Shown piece by piece: positions 29,815 to 38,376 of a DNA stretch of 64,000 nucleotides. Under the pieces are notes generated by a model. That model did no database searches. It worked only from the letters and a program-made list of their open reading frames with translations, and was not told the DNA's origin. Origin of the DNA: an uncultured virus (IMG/VR IMGVR_UViG_3300021431_000013) (Duplodnaviria; Heunggongvirae; Uroviricota; Caudoviricetes); IMG/VR virus record IMGVR_UViG_3300021431_000013, one strand, 5' to 3'. Position numbers and translations under genes: made by a program. The number at the start of each line of letters is the position of its first letter. The stretch's first letter is position 1.

Positions 29815-30606
29815 ATGGCGCGGAATAGTTTGAAGAACGTGTGCCGATTAATAAATACAGTAACAGAAACATTACCGCCAGAGCAAGATTTTTTGAATGA
29901 CTTGAAGCGGTCAATAGAAATGACAGCTGATAAAGGTGGTAGATTACCTAGTAAGACATATAAGCCATCTGGTATGAATTGTATACGAGCAAGTTATTAT
30001 CAGATAATGGGAGTACAGCCAGACGAATCTAGTTCAAGTTATTCAATGGTTGGTATTTGTAACAGCGGTACTGACATTCATGTCCGTGTTCAGACAGCGG
30101 TTGAGCAGATGAAAGAAAACGGCATGGACTGTGAGTATATAGATGTTGCAGACTTTGTGAAACAGAGAAACTTGGATTATCTTGATATAGTTTCCAAGAA
30201 TGGTATGGAAACAAAGCTGTATCATAAAAAGTTTAATATGTCGTTTATGTGTGATGGCATTATTAAATATAAGAATCATTATTACATTCTGGAACTTAAA
30301 ACTGAAAGTAGTTTCAAGTTTATGAATCGTAAGGATGTTGACCCAAGTCATTATCAGCAGGGCACAGCTTATTCACTTGCATTTGGACTAGACGAGGTTA
30401 TCTTTGTATACATTAATAGGGATATTTTAGATATGAAGTCATTCATGTTTAAAGTAACTCCAGAAATGAAAGAGAATCTTGTTGGTTATATTGAAGAGTG
30501 TGACGGCTATGTAAATCGTATGATAGCACCACCAAAACCAGAAAACGTAACTAAAAAAGCATGTAGCTATTGTGGTTACAAAACACAGTGTCGAAAGGAT
30601 GGATAA
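29815..30606 (+). CDS. Cas4-like PD-(D/E)XK exonuclease
   Basis: PSGMNCIR, GTDIH, CDG..ELKT, QxxxY, C-terminal CSYCGYKTQC Fe-S cysteines. Confidence 0.85.
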   Translation: MARNSLKNVCRLINTVTETLPPEQDFLNDLKRSIEMTADKGGRLPSKTYKPSGMNCIRASYYQIMGVQPDESSSSYSMVGICNSGTDIHVRVQTAVEQMKENGMDCEYIDVADFVKQRNLDYLDIVSKNGMETKLYHKKFNMSFMCDGIIKYKNHYYILELKTESSFKFMNRKDVDPSHYQQGTAYSLAFGLDEVIFVYINRDILDMKSFMFKVTPEMKENLVGYIEECDGYVNRMIAPPKPENVTKKACSYCGYKTQCRKDG

Positions 30607-31046
30607 GATGAGAAAACTGAGAATTAATGGCGAAACAATAGAGCCAACCAAGTGCTATTCGGGATGCCATCTAATTGAACTTGTAAACATATCATACGAG
30701 AACGGTCGTAAGAAGGGTTGTGCCGAAACTACAAATAAGTTACGAGAGAAATATAGGGAAGGTTTTGATTCCGGCTATGAATTTGGTTATAGGGATGCTT
30801 CTGAAGACCTAGTGCAACTTAGGGAGGTATTGTTAAAAATATTGAAAGGAGAGCATAATGAATAAAGATAAGCCTACAAAAGACCAGTTTAAGGAGTACG
30901 TAGACATTAGAGATTCTGGTATGACAAATATGTATAATGTTAGTTTTATTTGTGCTATGTCGAGTACAGGATTAACCAGAGATATTTGTATTTACATCAT
31001 GCAACATTTTGAGGAATTGGCAGAAGAGTACGAGGTTGAAATCTAG
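30599..31046 (+). CDS. Two small hypothetical ORFs (30599-30865; 30858-31046 DUF5049-like)
   Basis: IRDSGMTNMY motif in the second ORF. Confidence 0.5.
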
Positions 31047-31510
31047 TGGCTGTAAATCGTGGGAAACAGTTTGAAGATGTTATTAAGACAGCATTTTTAA
31101 AAGTTCCGAATGTATCAATAGACCGATTACATGACCAGATGAGTGGGCTTAAAGGCAGTAAAAATATATGCGATTTTATTGTATATAAAGAACCATATGA
31201 GTATTACATAGAGTGTAAATCTGTTCATGGCAACACATTTCCTTTTAGTAATATTACAGACAATCAGTTATCTGGATTATTGAAGAAGTCTGATATTGAA
31301 GGTGTTGTTGCAGGACTTATCATTTGGTTCATTGATAAAGATGTTACGTTATTTGTACCTATTAAGTATATCTCATGGTTAAAGTTATGTTCATATAAAA
31401 GCATACGATATGACCATATAGGTGGTAACATCGTACACATATGTGGTAAAAAGAAACGTGTGTTCTTTGATTATGACATGGAGGAATTTTTCAATGAAGT
31501 TCGACATTGA
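31046..31510 (+). CDS. recU: RecU-like Holliday junction resolvase
   Basis: NRGKQFE, CDF, IECKS, ITDNQ. Confidence 0.85.
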   Translation: MAVNRGKQFEDVIKTAFLKVPNVSIDRLHDQMSGLKGSKNICDFIVYKEPYEYYIECKSVHGNTFPFSNITDNQLSGLLKKSDIEGVVAGLIIWFIDKDVTLFVPIKYISWLKLCSYKSIRYDHIGGNIVHICGKKKRVFFDYDMEEFFNEVRH

Positions 31511-32024
31511 CAGTGATACTTTAAAACAGGTTGAAGATATAAAACAACGTGTTGAGGAAAATTCTGAGACAATAGATGAAATTGTTGACGGCATTATTAA
31601 ACCGTATTGCAAAGATTTGGACAATTATGTAGCGTTTATTAAAGACTGTTTAAAAGACGGTGAAAATCCGCCGACAACAGATGAGTTAGATGATTTCTGC
31701 CTTAATCTTTCTACGTATATTTACTTTGCAGGAGGCATGACAGAGCATCTTGGCATACGTGATGATATTTCTAAGGCGATATATAAAGAAATTTATCATA
31801 CAGCAAGGGCAAGTCAAGATAAAGGCACTGTAGCAGATAAAGATAGTTTAGCAGAGTTAGCAAGTCAAGATGAGTTTATAGTATCATCATCTTATACAAG
31901 AGCCTATAAAATGATGAAAGCAAAAGTAGAAAACGCACAGGAACTTTTATCAAGTGTTAAGAAAGTTTTATCACGCAGAATCCAAGAAATGGAACTTACT
32001 AGAATCGGAGGGAGTGGAAAGTAA
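31494..32024 (+). CDS. Helical coiled-coil protein (possible recombination mediator, UvsY-like)
   Basis: All-alpha, GTVADK motif; in the recombination cluster. Confidence 0.45.
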   Translation: MKFDIDSDTLKQVEDIKQRVEENSETIDEIVDGIIKPYCKDLDNYVAFIKDCLKDGENPPTTDELDDFCLNLSTYIYFAGGMTEHLGIRDDISKAIYKEIYHTARASQDKGTVADKDSLAELASQDEFIVSSSYTRAYKMMKAKVENAQELLSSVKKVLSRRIQEMELTRIGGSGK

Positions 32025-32628
32025 TGTTTGGAATTAGTTGGACAGATATGATTGGCACATATGAACAAAGGAATGTAGCAAATTATAAAAATGATATATT
32101 TGAAATAGACACTTCGTATGTAACAGACAGACACCTTCCGTATGAAACTGCGATAAAGCACAAAAATTTTAATAATGGCGACTGGATAATTTTGGGGTGG
32201 AGCAGTACAAAAGAAGAGGCACAAGAATATCATAACGAATGTGTAGAGCAATTTATACGTAGTCCATATCCAGTGGTAATCGAAGATGCGTATACACTTA
32301 GAGAATATCCAATAGTTTATGTAAAGGAGGATAACTAATGGAACACATTTTACAGTTTGCAATTAATATTGATGATAATACTATTAAGCAGAATATCGAG
32401 GCGAAAGCAGAAAAACAGGTTATTGAGCAGTTAGTTAAAGATGTTAAATCATCTATAATAGATAAGTGGGGTTCGTTGACATTTACTAGTGAAAATATTA
32501 TTAGAACCGTAATGGAAGAGCATAAAGATGAAATTATTAAACTCGCCGCAGATAATGTTGCAGAATCCATGAAGCGTAGCAAGAAATATAGAGAAGCATT
32601 GGCAAATATAGTTGGGGAGATAGAGTAA
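32024..32628 (+). CDS. Two hypothetical ORFs (32024-32338, 32338-32628)
   Basis: Coupled TAATG junctions. Confidence 0.6.
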
Positions 32629-32960
32629 TGACCGGAAATGATTATCAAAAATTAGCAAGCAGAACAATGAGTAATGATTTGTATACGCCGGAAATAGTAT
32701 TACACGCACTGCACGGCATGTCAAGCGAGATTGGAGAAATTCATGGCATATATCAAAAATCTTATCAGGGACATAAAGTCGATGAAGAGCATTTAGAAAA
32801 AGAAGTTGGCGATTTGCTATGGTTCATCGCAGAGTTTTGCACAGCTTATGGTTGGGATTTAGAAGATGTGATGAAAAAGAATATAGATAAACTGAGAGCA
32901 AGATACCCGGAAGGATTCGATGCTGAACATAGTTTGCACAGAGCAGAAGGTGATATTTAG
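32628..32960 (+). CDS. MazG-like nucleotide pyrophosphohydrolase
   Basis: GMSSEIGE, KEVGDLLW, NIDKLRARYPEGF. Confidence 0.88.
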   Translation: MTGNDYQKLASRTMSNDLYTPEIVLHALHGMSSEIGEIHGIYQKSYQGHKVDEEHLEKEVGDLLWFIAEFCTAYGWDLEDVMKKNIDKLRARYPEGFDAEHSLHRAEGDI

Positions 32961-33250
32961 TGGAATATGTAAATCATCCTGAGCATTATCAGAAAGCTGG
33001 TAGAAAAGAATGTATTGAAGAAATGATAGACTTATATGGCAGAAATGTAACTGCCATATTTTGTCTAACAAATGCTTATAAATATCTGTACAGAGCGGGA
33101 CAGAAGGAAAATAATTCTGAACAGCAGGATATTCAGAAAGCACGATGGTATTTTAATTATGTGAATAACCATTTAGCAAGTTGTGTACGATATAAGGGTG
33201 TACTTAGATTATATAAAGATGTAAAGGAGGCTCTGAAAGAATATGATTAA
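32960..33250 (+). CDS. DUF3310 family protein
   Basis: VNHPEHY...ECIE...NAYKYLYR...DIQKARWY. Confidence 0.85.
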   Translation: MEYVNHPEHYQKAGRKECIEEMIDLYGRNVTAIFCLTNAYKYLYRAGQKENNSEQQDIQKARWYFNYVNNHLASCVRYKGVLRLYKDVKEALKEYD

Positions 33251-33872
33251 AGTGGAACATATAGATGTGCATGGCATGAAGCACGCAGTCTCCATCGCCA
33301 TGAGGCATCCGATGTGTAGTTACGACAAGAGCGATAGCACTGGAATTGATTACTACGAGGATGGAGTTTATCAGTTCCATATTGGTAGAAACGATTTGGA
33401 TTTGGCTCAGAGGCTTTACAAGTCTGGCACTGAACATCGGACTTATGCAAGACATATTTTAGTTTGGATGGAAATTGATGCTCCTCTGTATTGGTGGAAA
33501 GAGATGGACCGTTACACTATTGGTAAGGCTCAAGTCTCAGAAAGCACGATGCACAAAATTCATGCAAAAGAGTTTGGGCTGGATACATTCAGTCATGAAC
33601 ATCTGACGAAAGCACTGTCGAGCCTCAAGGCTACAATCGACATCTTGAACATCGCCAGAAAATCTTTTCTGGAAACCAAGAGCAAAGAAGACTGGTGGCA
33701 GATGATTCAGCTTCTGCCGTCTTCCTACAATCAACGAAGAAGCATTTGTATGTCGTATGAGGTGGTCTTCAAGATTATCCATGAGCGTACTGGTCATAAA
33801 CTTGATGAGTGGAATGATTTCGTGAAAATTTTAAAAGATTTGCCATATGTTGAAGAAATTATGGGGGATTAA
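33243..33872 (+). CDS. Divergent ThyX-like flavoprotein
   Basis: GTEHR, APLYWWKEMDRY, SESTMH, LLPSSY, HKLDEW; canonical RHRxxxxxxxSxR motif degenerate. Confidence 0.6.
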   Translation: MIKVEHIDVHGMKHAVSIAMRHPMCSYDKSDSTGIDYYEDGVYQFHIGRNDLDLAQRLYKSGTEHRTYARHILVWMEIDAPLYWWKEMDRYTIGKAQVSESTMHKIHAKEFGLDTFSHEHLTKALSSLKATIDILNIARKSFLETKSKEDWWQMIQLLPSSYNQRRSICMSYEVVFKIIHERTGHKLDEWNDFVKILKDLPYVEEIMGD

Positions 33873-33874
33873 TT

Positions 33875-34900
33875 ATGGGATTAAAACTCGAGGAGATAAT
33901 GAAAAATACCAATAAGCGTTTTAAAGAAGAAATCATAACGCATGGGTTAAGTGAGTTTTCTTATAAACGTATTCCTTTTACATCACCAAGAATGAATTAC
34001 TGTACGTTCGGCGGTATACCAGTAGGTAAGATTACGGAGTTTTATGGCGAAGAACATGGCGGTAAAACAACGACAGCATTAGATATAGTAGCAAATTATC
34101 AGAGGTCAGATGATGAACGTGATGTATTATATATAGATGCTGAAAATACACTTGATGTTGAGTGGGCAAAAAAGATAGGCGTTGATGTCGATAAGATGTA
34201 TATATTACAGCCCAAGTCGCAGTCAGCAGAAGAAATATTCCAAGTTATCTGTGATAGTGTAGATACAGGAGAAGTTGGCTTGTGGGTACTTGATAGTATA
34301 GGTGCATTAATGTCAGCACAGGAACTTGATAAAACACTTGAAGACAAAACATATGGCGGTATCGCAAAGCCGTTAACATTGTTTGGCAAAAAAGTAGAAA
34401 TGCTGATGCAACGGCATAAGTGTACTGGCATAGGCATTAATCAGTTACGTGAAGACATGAATAGTATGTACGGTGGCACAACAACACCAGGTGGTAAAGC
34501 GTGGAAACATTTCTGTGCAGTACGAATGGAATTTAGACGAGGAAAATTCATTGATGAAAAGGGAAATGAGTTAACACGTTCAGCAGAAAATCCAGTTGGT
34601 AATATTGTTATGATGTCAATGACGAAGAATAAAACATGTCCGCCAACAAGAAGAACAGGATTCTATACAATCAACTACGAATCGGGCATAGACTATTTAC
34701 GTGATTTGATTGAGGTCGCTATTAAGTATGATATTATAAAGAAGTCAGGAGCATGGTTCGACATAGTTGATATTGAAACTGGTGAAATTCTTGAAGGTAA
34801 GATTCACGGACAAGCATCAGTTAATGAGTTTCTTTCTACGCACGATGATATATTAAATAGGGTAGAGGAATTAGTAAATGCTGAAATGAATAAAGAATAA
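33875..34900 (+). CDS. recA: RecA recombinase
   Basis: GGIPVGKITEFYGEEHGGKTT, IDAE, DSIGAL, INQLRE, TTPGGKA, KNK, SGAWF. Confidence 0.95.
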   Translation: MGLKLEEIMKNTNKRFKEEIITHGLSEFSYKRIPFTSPRMNYCTFGGIPVGKITEFYGEEHGGKTTTALDIVANYQRSDDERDVLYIDAENTLDVEWAKKIGVDVDKMYILQPKSQSAEEIFQVICDSVDTGEVGLWVLDSIGALMSAQELDKTLEDKTYGGIAKPLTLFGKKVEMLMQRHKCTGIGINQLREDMNSMYGGTTTPGGKAWKHFCAVRMEFRRGKFIDEKGNELTRSAENPVGNIVMMSMTKNKTCPPTRRTGFYTINYESGIDYLRDLIEVAIKYDIIKKSGAWFDIVDIETGEILEGKIHGQASVNEFLSTHDDILNRVEELVNAEMNKE

Positions 34901-35001
34901 AAAAATTTAAAAAAGTAGTTGACTTTTCTTACAATGTGTAGTACAATATTAAATGTAAAGAGAAGTCAACTACTGAATGAATCTTAAAGAGAGGAGACAA
35001 G

Positions 35002-35559
35002 ATGCTAGAAAAACTCTTAAAAGATTGGAAAGGAGAATTAGATGTAGACGAAAAACATTATACGTCTGTAGAAGACGCAGAAACAGTGTTTAAACAGCTT
35101 TCAACAGATAGTCATATACTTTTACGTTCAAGCGTTAAAAACGCAAATATGAGCAAATTAGAAGCATCTGAAAGCAATCTAACAGAATATCGTATAACAG
35201 TCAAGAAGTATATGACAGAAAAAGCAAGTCCTGGATTTGATTTCATGGCAAAGTGGAATAATGACAATCCCATGCCGCTGAGAACAATGACAGGAACTAT
35301 CGAGAAAGAAACTCGAGGCATGATATACATGAAATTACATGGACAAGCAGAGCCAGTAGTTAAGTGTATGCGATGCGGTAGAACATTGACAAATGAAGTA
35401 TCTAAAATGTACGGAATTGGTCCAGAGTGTATTACAAAAATTCCAATGCTGATGAATTTAGATATTTCAGATGTTGATAATATTAAAAAGAAACTTGTTG
35501 ATGTAGTTTGGGAAGGCTGGATAATTAAGTCAGCGATAACTGAGAAGGAGGAAATGTAA
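35002..35559 (+). CDS. Hypothetical protein with DUF6011-like zinc finger
   Basis: CMRCGRTLT...GIGPEC; promoter at 34919-34947. Confidence 0.6.
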   Translation: MLEKLLKDWKGELDVDEKHYTSVEDAETVFKQLSTDSHILLRSSVKNANMSKLEASESNLTEYRITVKKYMTEKASPGFDFMAKWNNDNPMPLRTMTGTIEKETRGMIYMKLHGQAEPVVKCMRCGRTLTNEVSKMYGIGPECITKIPMLMNLDISDVDNIKKKLVDVVWEGWIIKSAITEKEEM

Positions 35560-35560
35560 T

Positions 35561-35809
35561 ATGTTGATGTCCAATAGTGGTGAGATTGTAGTAAGAGGTA
35601 GCAAAGTTGATATTATGGCAGATTTGGCAACACTGCTTAATAGTCTGCATGAGCGAAATGCACTTACAGCAGAGGAGATTGATAAGTGTGTCGAGATTGC
35701 TAAGTGGTCTGAGAAGAAACTCGATGAAGAAGCAGAAAAAGCCGGAAATGAACTCAAGGACAAAATCAAGGAAGACTTGAAGAGTATGCTTGACGAAATC
35801 TTCGGTTAG
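35561..35809 (+). CDS. Hypothetical protein
   Basis: AGGAGG RBS. Confidence 0.6.
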   Translation: MLMSNSGEIVVRGSKVDIMADLATLLNSLHERNALTAEEIDKCVEIAKWSEKKLDEEAEKAGNELKDKIKEDLKSMLDEIFG

Positions 35810-35817
35810 TATAGATA

Positions 35818-35846
35818 GCGGGTATGACGGAATAGGCAGACGTAGG
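35818..35846 (+). pseudogene. Orphan 5' half of a tRNA-Leu (acceptor 5' strand plus D-arm)
   Basis: GCGGGTA TG ACGGAATAGGCAGACGT; same first 8 nt as the tRNA-Leu at 36272. Confidence 0.65.
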
Positions 35847-35868
35847 GTGGGATTGGGAAAATTAGTAT

Positions 35869-36258
35869 ATGAAGCAATATTTATATAATAATCAAAAAGA
35901 TGGGCGTTCAAGGGTAGTTATAGTTGACGATGTTGGTAAACACACATCTAAATCGTATCCAAGATTTTTAATGGAACAGAGTATCAATAGAAAATTGTTG
36001 CCAGAAGAAGATGTTCATCATATAGATGGTGATGTTACAAATAATGATATTAGTAATTTAAAAATAGTTTTGCACGGAGAGCATCAAAGACATCATTCTA
36101 CAAAATATACAGACACAGAACAAGTTTGTTGTGTTTGCGGCAAAAAGTTTATTTATACAGGTAAACAAATGCAACGATACTATAGTGATTTACGTAGAGG
36201 AAGAAATAGAAGTATAACTTGTTCCAAACGATGTGCTGGTATTTTGGGTTCAAAGTAA
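35869..36258 (+). mobile_element. Free-standing HNH homing endonuclease
   Basis: VHHIDGDVTNNDISNL...H, C-terminal CxxC...CSKRC. Confidence 0.85.
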
Positions 36259-36271
36259 GTTTGTTAGTTTT

Positions 36272-36355
36272 GCGGGTATAATCGAATTGGAATAGATGTC
36301 GGTCTTAAAAACCGTTGTTCGTTAGAACGTGTGGGTTCGAATCCCACTACCCGCA
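36272..36355 (+). tRNA. tRNA-Leu(TAA)
   Basis: Acceptor GCGGGTA/TACCCGC, loop CTTAAAA, long variable arm, GTGGG-TTCGAAT-CCCAC; no encoded CCA. Confidence 0.88.
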
Positions 36356-36530
36356 TCGTGAAATGATTTAGCTTTTACCAGTTTCACGAGGTTTTGTTGA
36401 GGTAGCAACCTATGAATCTCAACAGTAAGGGAGTACTTATCCACTTGGTTATTAGTTTTTTTGTTTCTCTTTTTCATAATTATGTTTGTGTGTGCAATAA
36501 TATAGATAAATCCAAATACTCCCTTACTTA

Positions 36531-36604
36531 CGGAAGTTAGCTCAGTAGGTTAGAGCGACGGCCTTATAAGCCGTGTGTGCTGGGTTCGAGTCCCAGACTT
36601 CCGA
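36531..36604 (+). tRNA. tRNA-Ile(TAT)
   Basis: CGGAAGT/ACTTCCG; ACGGC-CTTATAA-GCCGT; CTGGG-TTCGAGT-CCCAG. Confidence 0.9.
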
Positions 36605-36754
36605 TTGTTGTGGTGGAGAGCAAATGTATCGAGCCATAAATTTTGAAATAGTATTGTTAAAGTAAGATGCTGAAGTACAAGGTGTGACGAAATAACAAGA
36701 ACTTTCAGCCGGTAAATTCGAAGGATGGGCGGTTAGCTGACCTTAAAGCGACAT

Positions 36755-36845
36755 GGAGACGTAGCATAGTCGGTCAAATGCACCTGTTTGCTAAACAGGA
36801 GAACGGTGAATAATCGTTCCGAGGGTTCGAATCCCTCCGTCTCCG
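36755..36845 (+). tRNA. tRNA-Ser(GCT)
   Basis: GGAGACG/CGTCTCC, CCTGT-TTGCTAA-ACAGG, long variable arm, G73. Confidence 0.92.
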
Positions 36846-36906
36846 CTCCTCGTTCCGCAATGCGAGGGTTTGACAACAATGCTTGGCGTCTCGGAAAGAC
36901 GAGAGT

Positions 36907-37054
36907 GCATCAGTGGCGGAATAGGAGACGCAGGGATGTGGAAAACGTAGAGTGTGACAAGAGGTTCGATTCCTCAAGGAAAGTGGGTTCGACTCCCACT
37001 TCCGTTGGTAGCAATAATCACTCACATGTAAGGTGCAAATCCTTACCTGATGCA
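36907..37054 (+). ncRNA. 148-nt tRNA-like RNA with an expanded arm replacing the anticodon arm
   Basis: Acceptor GCATCAG/CTGATGC-A, Leu-type D-arm, GTAAGG-TGCAAAT-CCTTAC arm, two internal TTCGA hairpins. Confidence 0.65.
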
Positions 37055-37187
37055 TGAACCAAAAATCTGTACAGTGGTTCACAGTTTTCAAGAGATACTT
37101 GTGAGGGAAAGTAGTAGTACTAGTGATGAAGACGTGGGCCGGAGTAGCTAACCGGGAACAACAAGGAAGGGTAGAAAACTGTTAATT

Positions 37188-37258
37188 CGTGAGTTGGTGT
37201 AGTGGTAACATGCCCCTCTTTCACAGGGGAGCCGGGGGTTCGAATCCTCCACTCACAA
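37188..37258 (+). tRNA. tRNA-Glu(TTC)
   Basis: CCCCT-CTTTCAC-AGGGG; GGGGG-TTCGAAT-CCTCC; C1-A72 mismatch. Confidence 0.88.
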
Positions 37259-37392
37259 TTAGAAATGAAATACTGACATGGCGGTGAACTTTTCACAGCA
37301 GAGCAATATGCAGCCGGTACTGACACCAGACCGGAGATAATTTCCACCTAGAAAAGATATTGTTATGCGAACTTTGGATGGACCGCTCATCG

Positions 37393-37465
37393 TGCCTCAT
37401 AGTGTAAATGGTTAGCACACGGGACTTTGACTCCCGTAATACAGGTTCAAATCCTGTTGGGGCAG
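37393..37465 (+). tRNA. tRNA-Gln(TTG)
   Basis: TGCCTCA/TGGGGCA; CGGGA-CTTTGAC-TCCCG; ACAGG-TTCAAAT-CCTGT. Confidence 0.92.
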
Positions 37466-37480
37466 TTCGGAGGAAATGAA

Positions 37481-37828
37481 ATGAGAACATATGAATTATT
37501 TACAGGAATGGATTTAGAAATAGCAGAAAAGATACAACAAAGAAGGTATCAGCTATTAATTCACTCCTGTATTTATTATCACTTAAACAAAAATCTAATA
37601 TCAGATGTTCAGTGGGATATATGGGCAAGAGAGTTAGTAACATTGCAAAAACAATATCCAAACATTGCTGATAAAGTAATGTTACATGAATATTTTGAAG
37701 ATTGGGATGCTAGTACGGGAGCATTTTTACCGATAACATTAGATTGGGTAGTAAGAAAAGCGAATCAGCTTTTAGAAAAACCAGCGGTAAAGAAGCCAAA
37801 GAAAACAACAAAAAGAAAATTATTTTAA
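37481..37828 (+). CDS. Stand-alone protein resembling domain Ia of NAD-dependent DNA ligase
   Basis: HSCIYYHLNKNLISDVQWD...EL..LQKQYP. Confidence 0.65.
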   Translation: MRTYELFTGMDLEIAEKIQQRRYQLLIHSCIYYHLNKNLISDVQWDIWARELVTLQKQYPNIADKVMLHEYFEDWDASTGAFLPITLDWVVRKANQLLEKPAVKKPKKTTKRKLF

Positions 37829-37843
37829 AGGAGTATTTTTAAT

Positions 37844-38074
37844 ATGAGTTTTAATCTAAATTATAGCGTAGTAACTAATCAGCCACCATGTTCGAAGAAT
37901 TGTCAGAAAAGAAGTCCTAGCTGTCATTGTACATGTGAAGACTATAAAACATGGAAAGAGGAATTAGATACTAGACGAGAAGCTATAAGAAAGCAGAAAG
38001 ATATGGATAATTTGTATCGTATGCACAGAGAGGATGTTTTTCATAAAATCGCAAAAAGAAATAAAAAGTATTGA
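37844..38074 (+). CDS. Small Cys/His zinc-binding protein
   Basis: PCSKNCQKRSPSCHCTCEDY. Confidence 0.6.
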   Translation: MSFNLNYSVVTNQPPCSKNCQKRSPSCHCTCEDYKTWKEELDTRREAIRKQKDMDNLYRMHREDVFHKIAKRNKKY

Positions 38075-38146
38075 CTTATACTAAAATGTGTAGTATAATA
38101 AAAGAGAAGTAAAGAAAACACGACATTATAAAAAGGAGGAAATCAA

Positions 38147-38374
38147 ATGACACTAGTGGAATTGCATGACGTTATGGGAGACAGAATTAAAACAACACTT
38201 AGAAACGATTTGACAACAGAGGAACGTACTATCGAGAATGAGCAGACGAAGATTATCATTGGTGTAGCAAAGCAGATGATTAACAACGGCAAACTGATTC
38301 TTGAGTATGAGAAAGCACTCGCACAGGCTAAAACACTTGAACACTCTGTTCTTGCTGATATGATTGGTGAGTAA
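38147..38374 (+). CDS. Hypothetical helical protein
   Basis: AGGAGG RBS; promoter at 38071-38099. Confidence 0.65.
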   Translation: MTLVELHDVMGDRIKTTLRNDLTTEERTIENEQTKIIIGVAKQMINNGKLILEYEKALAQAKTLEHSVLADMIGE

Positions 38375-38376
38375 TT

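Noticed and set aside
36907..37054. tmRNA or tRNA-Sec
   Set aside because: No Ala G3-U70 acceptor, no tag reading frame and too short for tmRNA; no TCA anticodon loop for Sec.
37296..37335. Twister ribozyme-like words (GCAGAG...TGCAGCCGGT)
   Set aside because: I could not build the required P1 stem and pseudoknots; kept only as a generic structured spacer.
36774..37490. ORFs predicted across the tRNA cluster on both strands
   Set aside because: They overlap clear tRNA cloverleafs; spurious.
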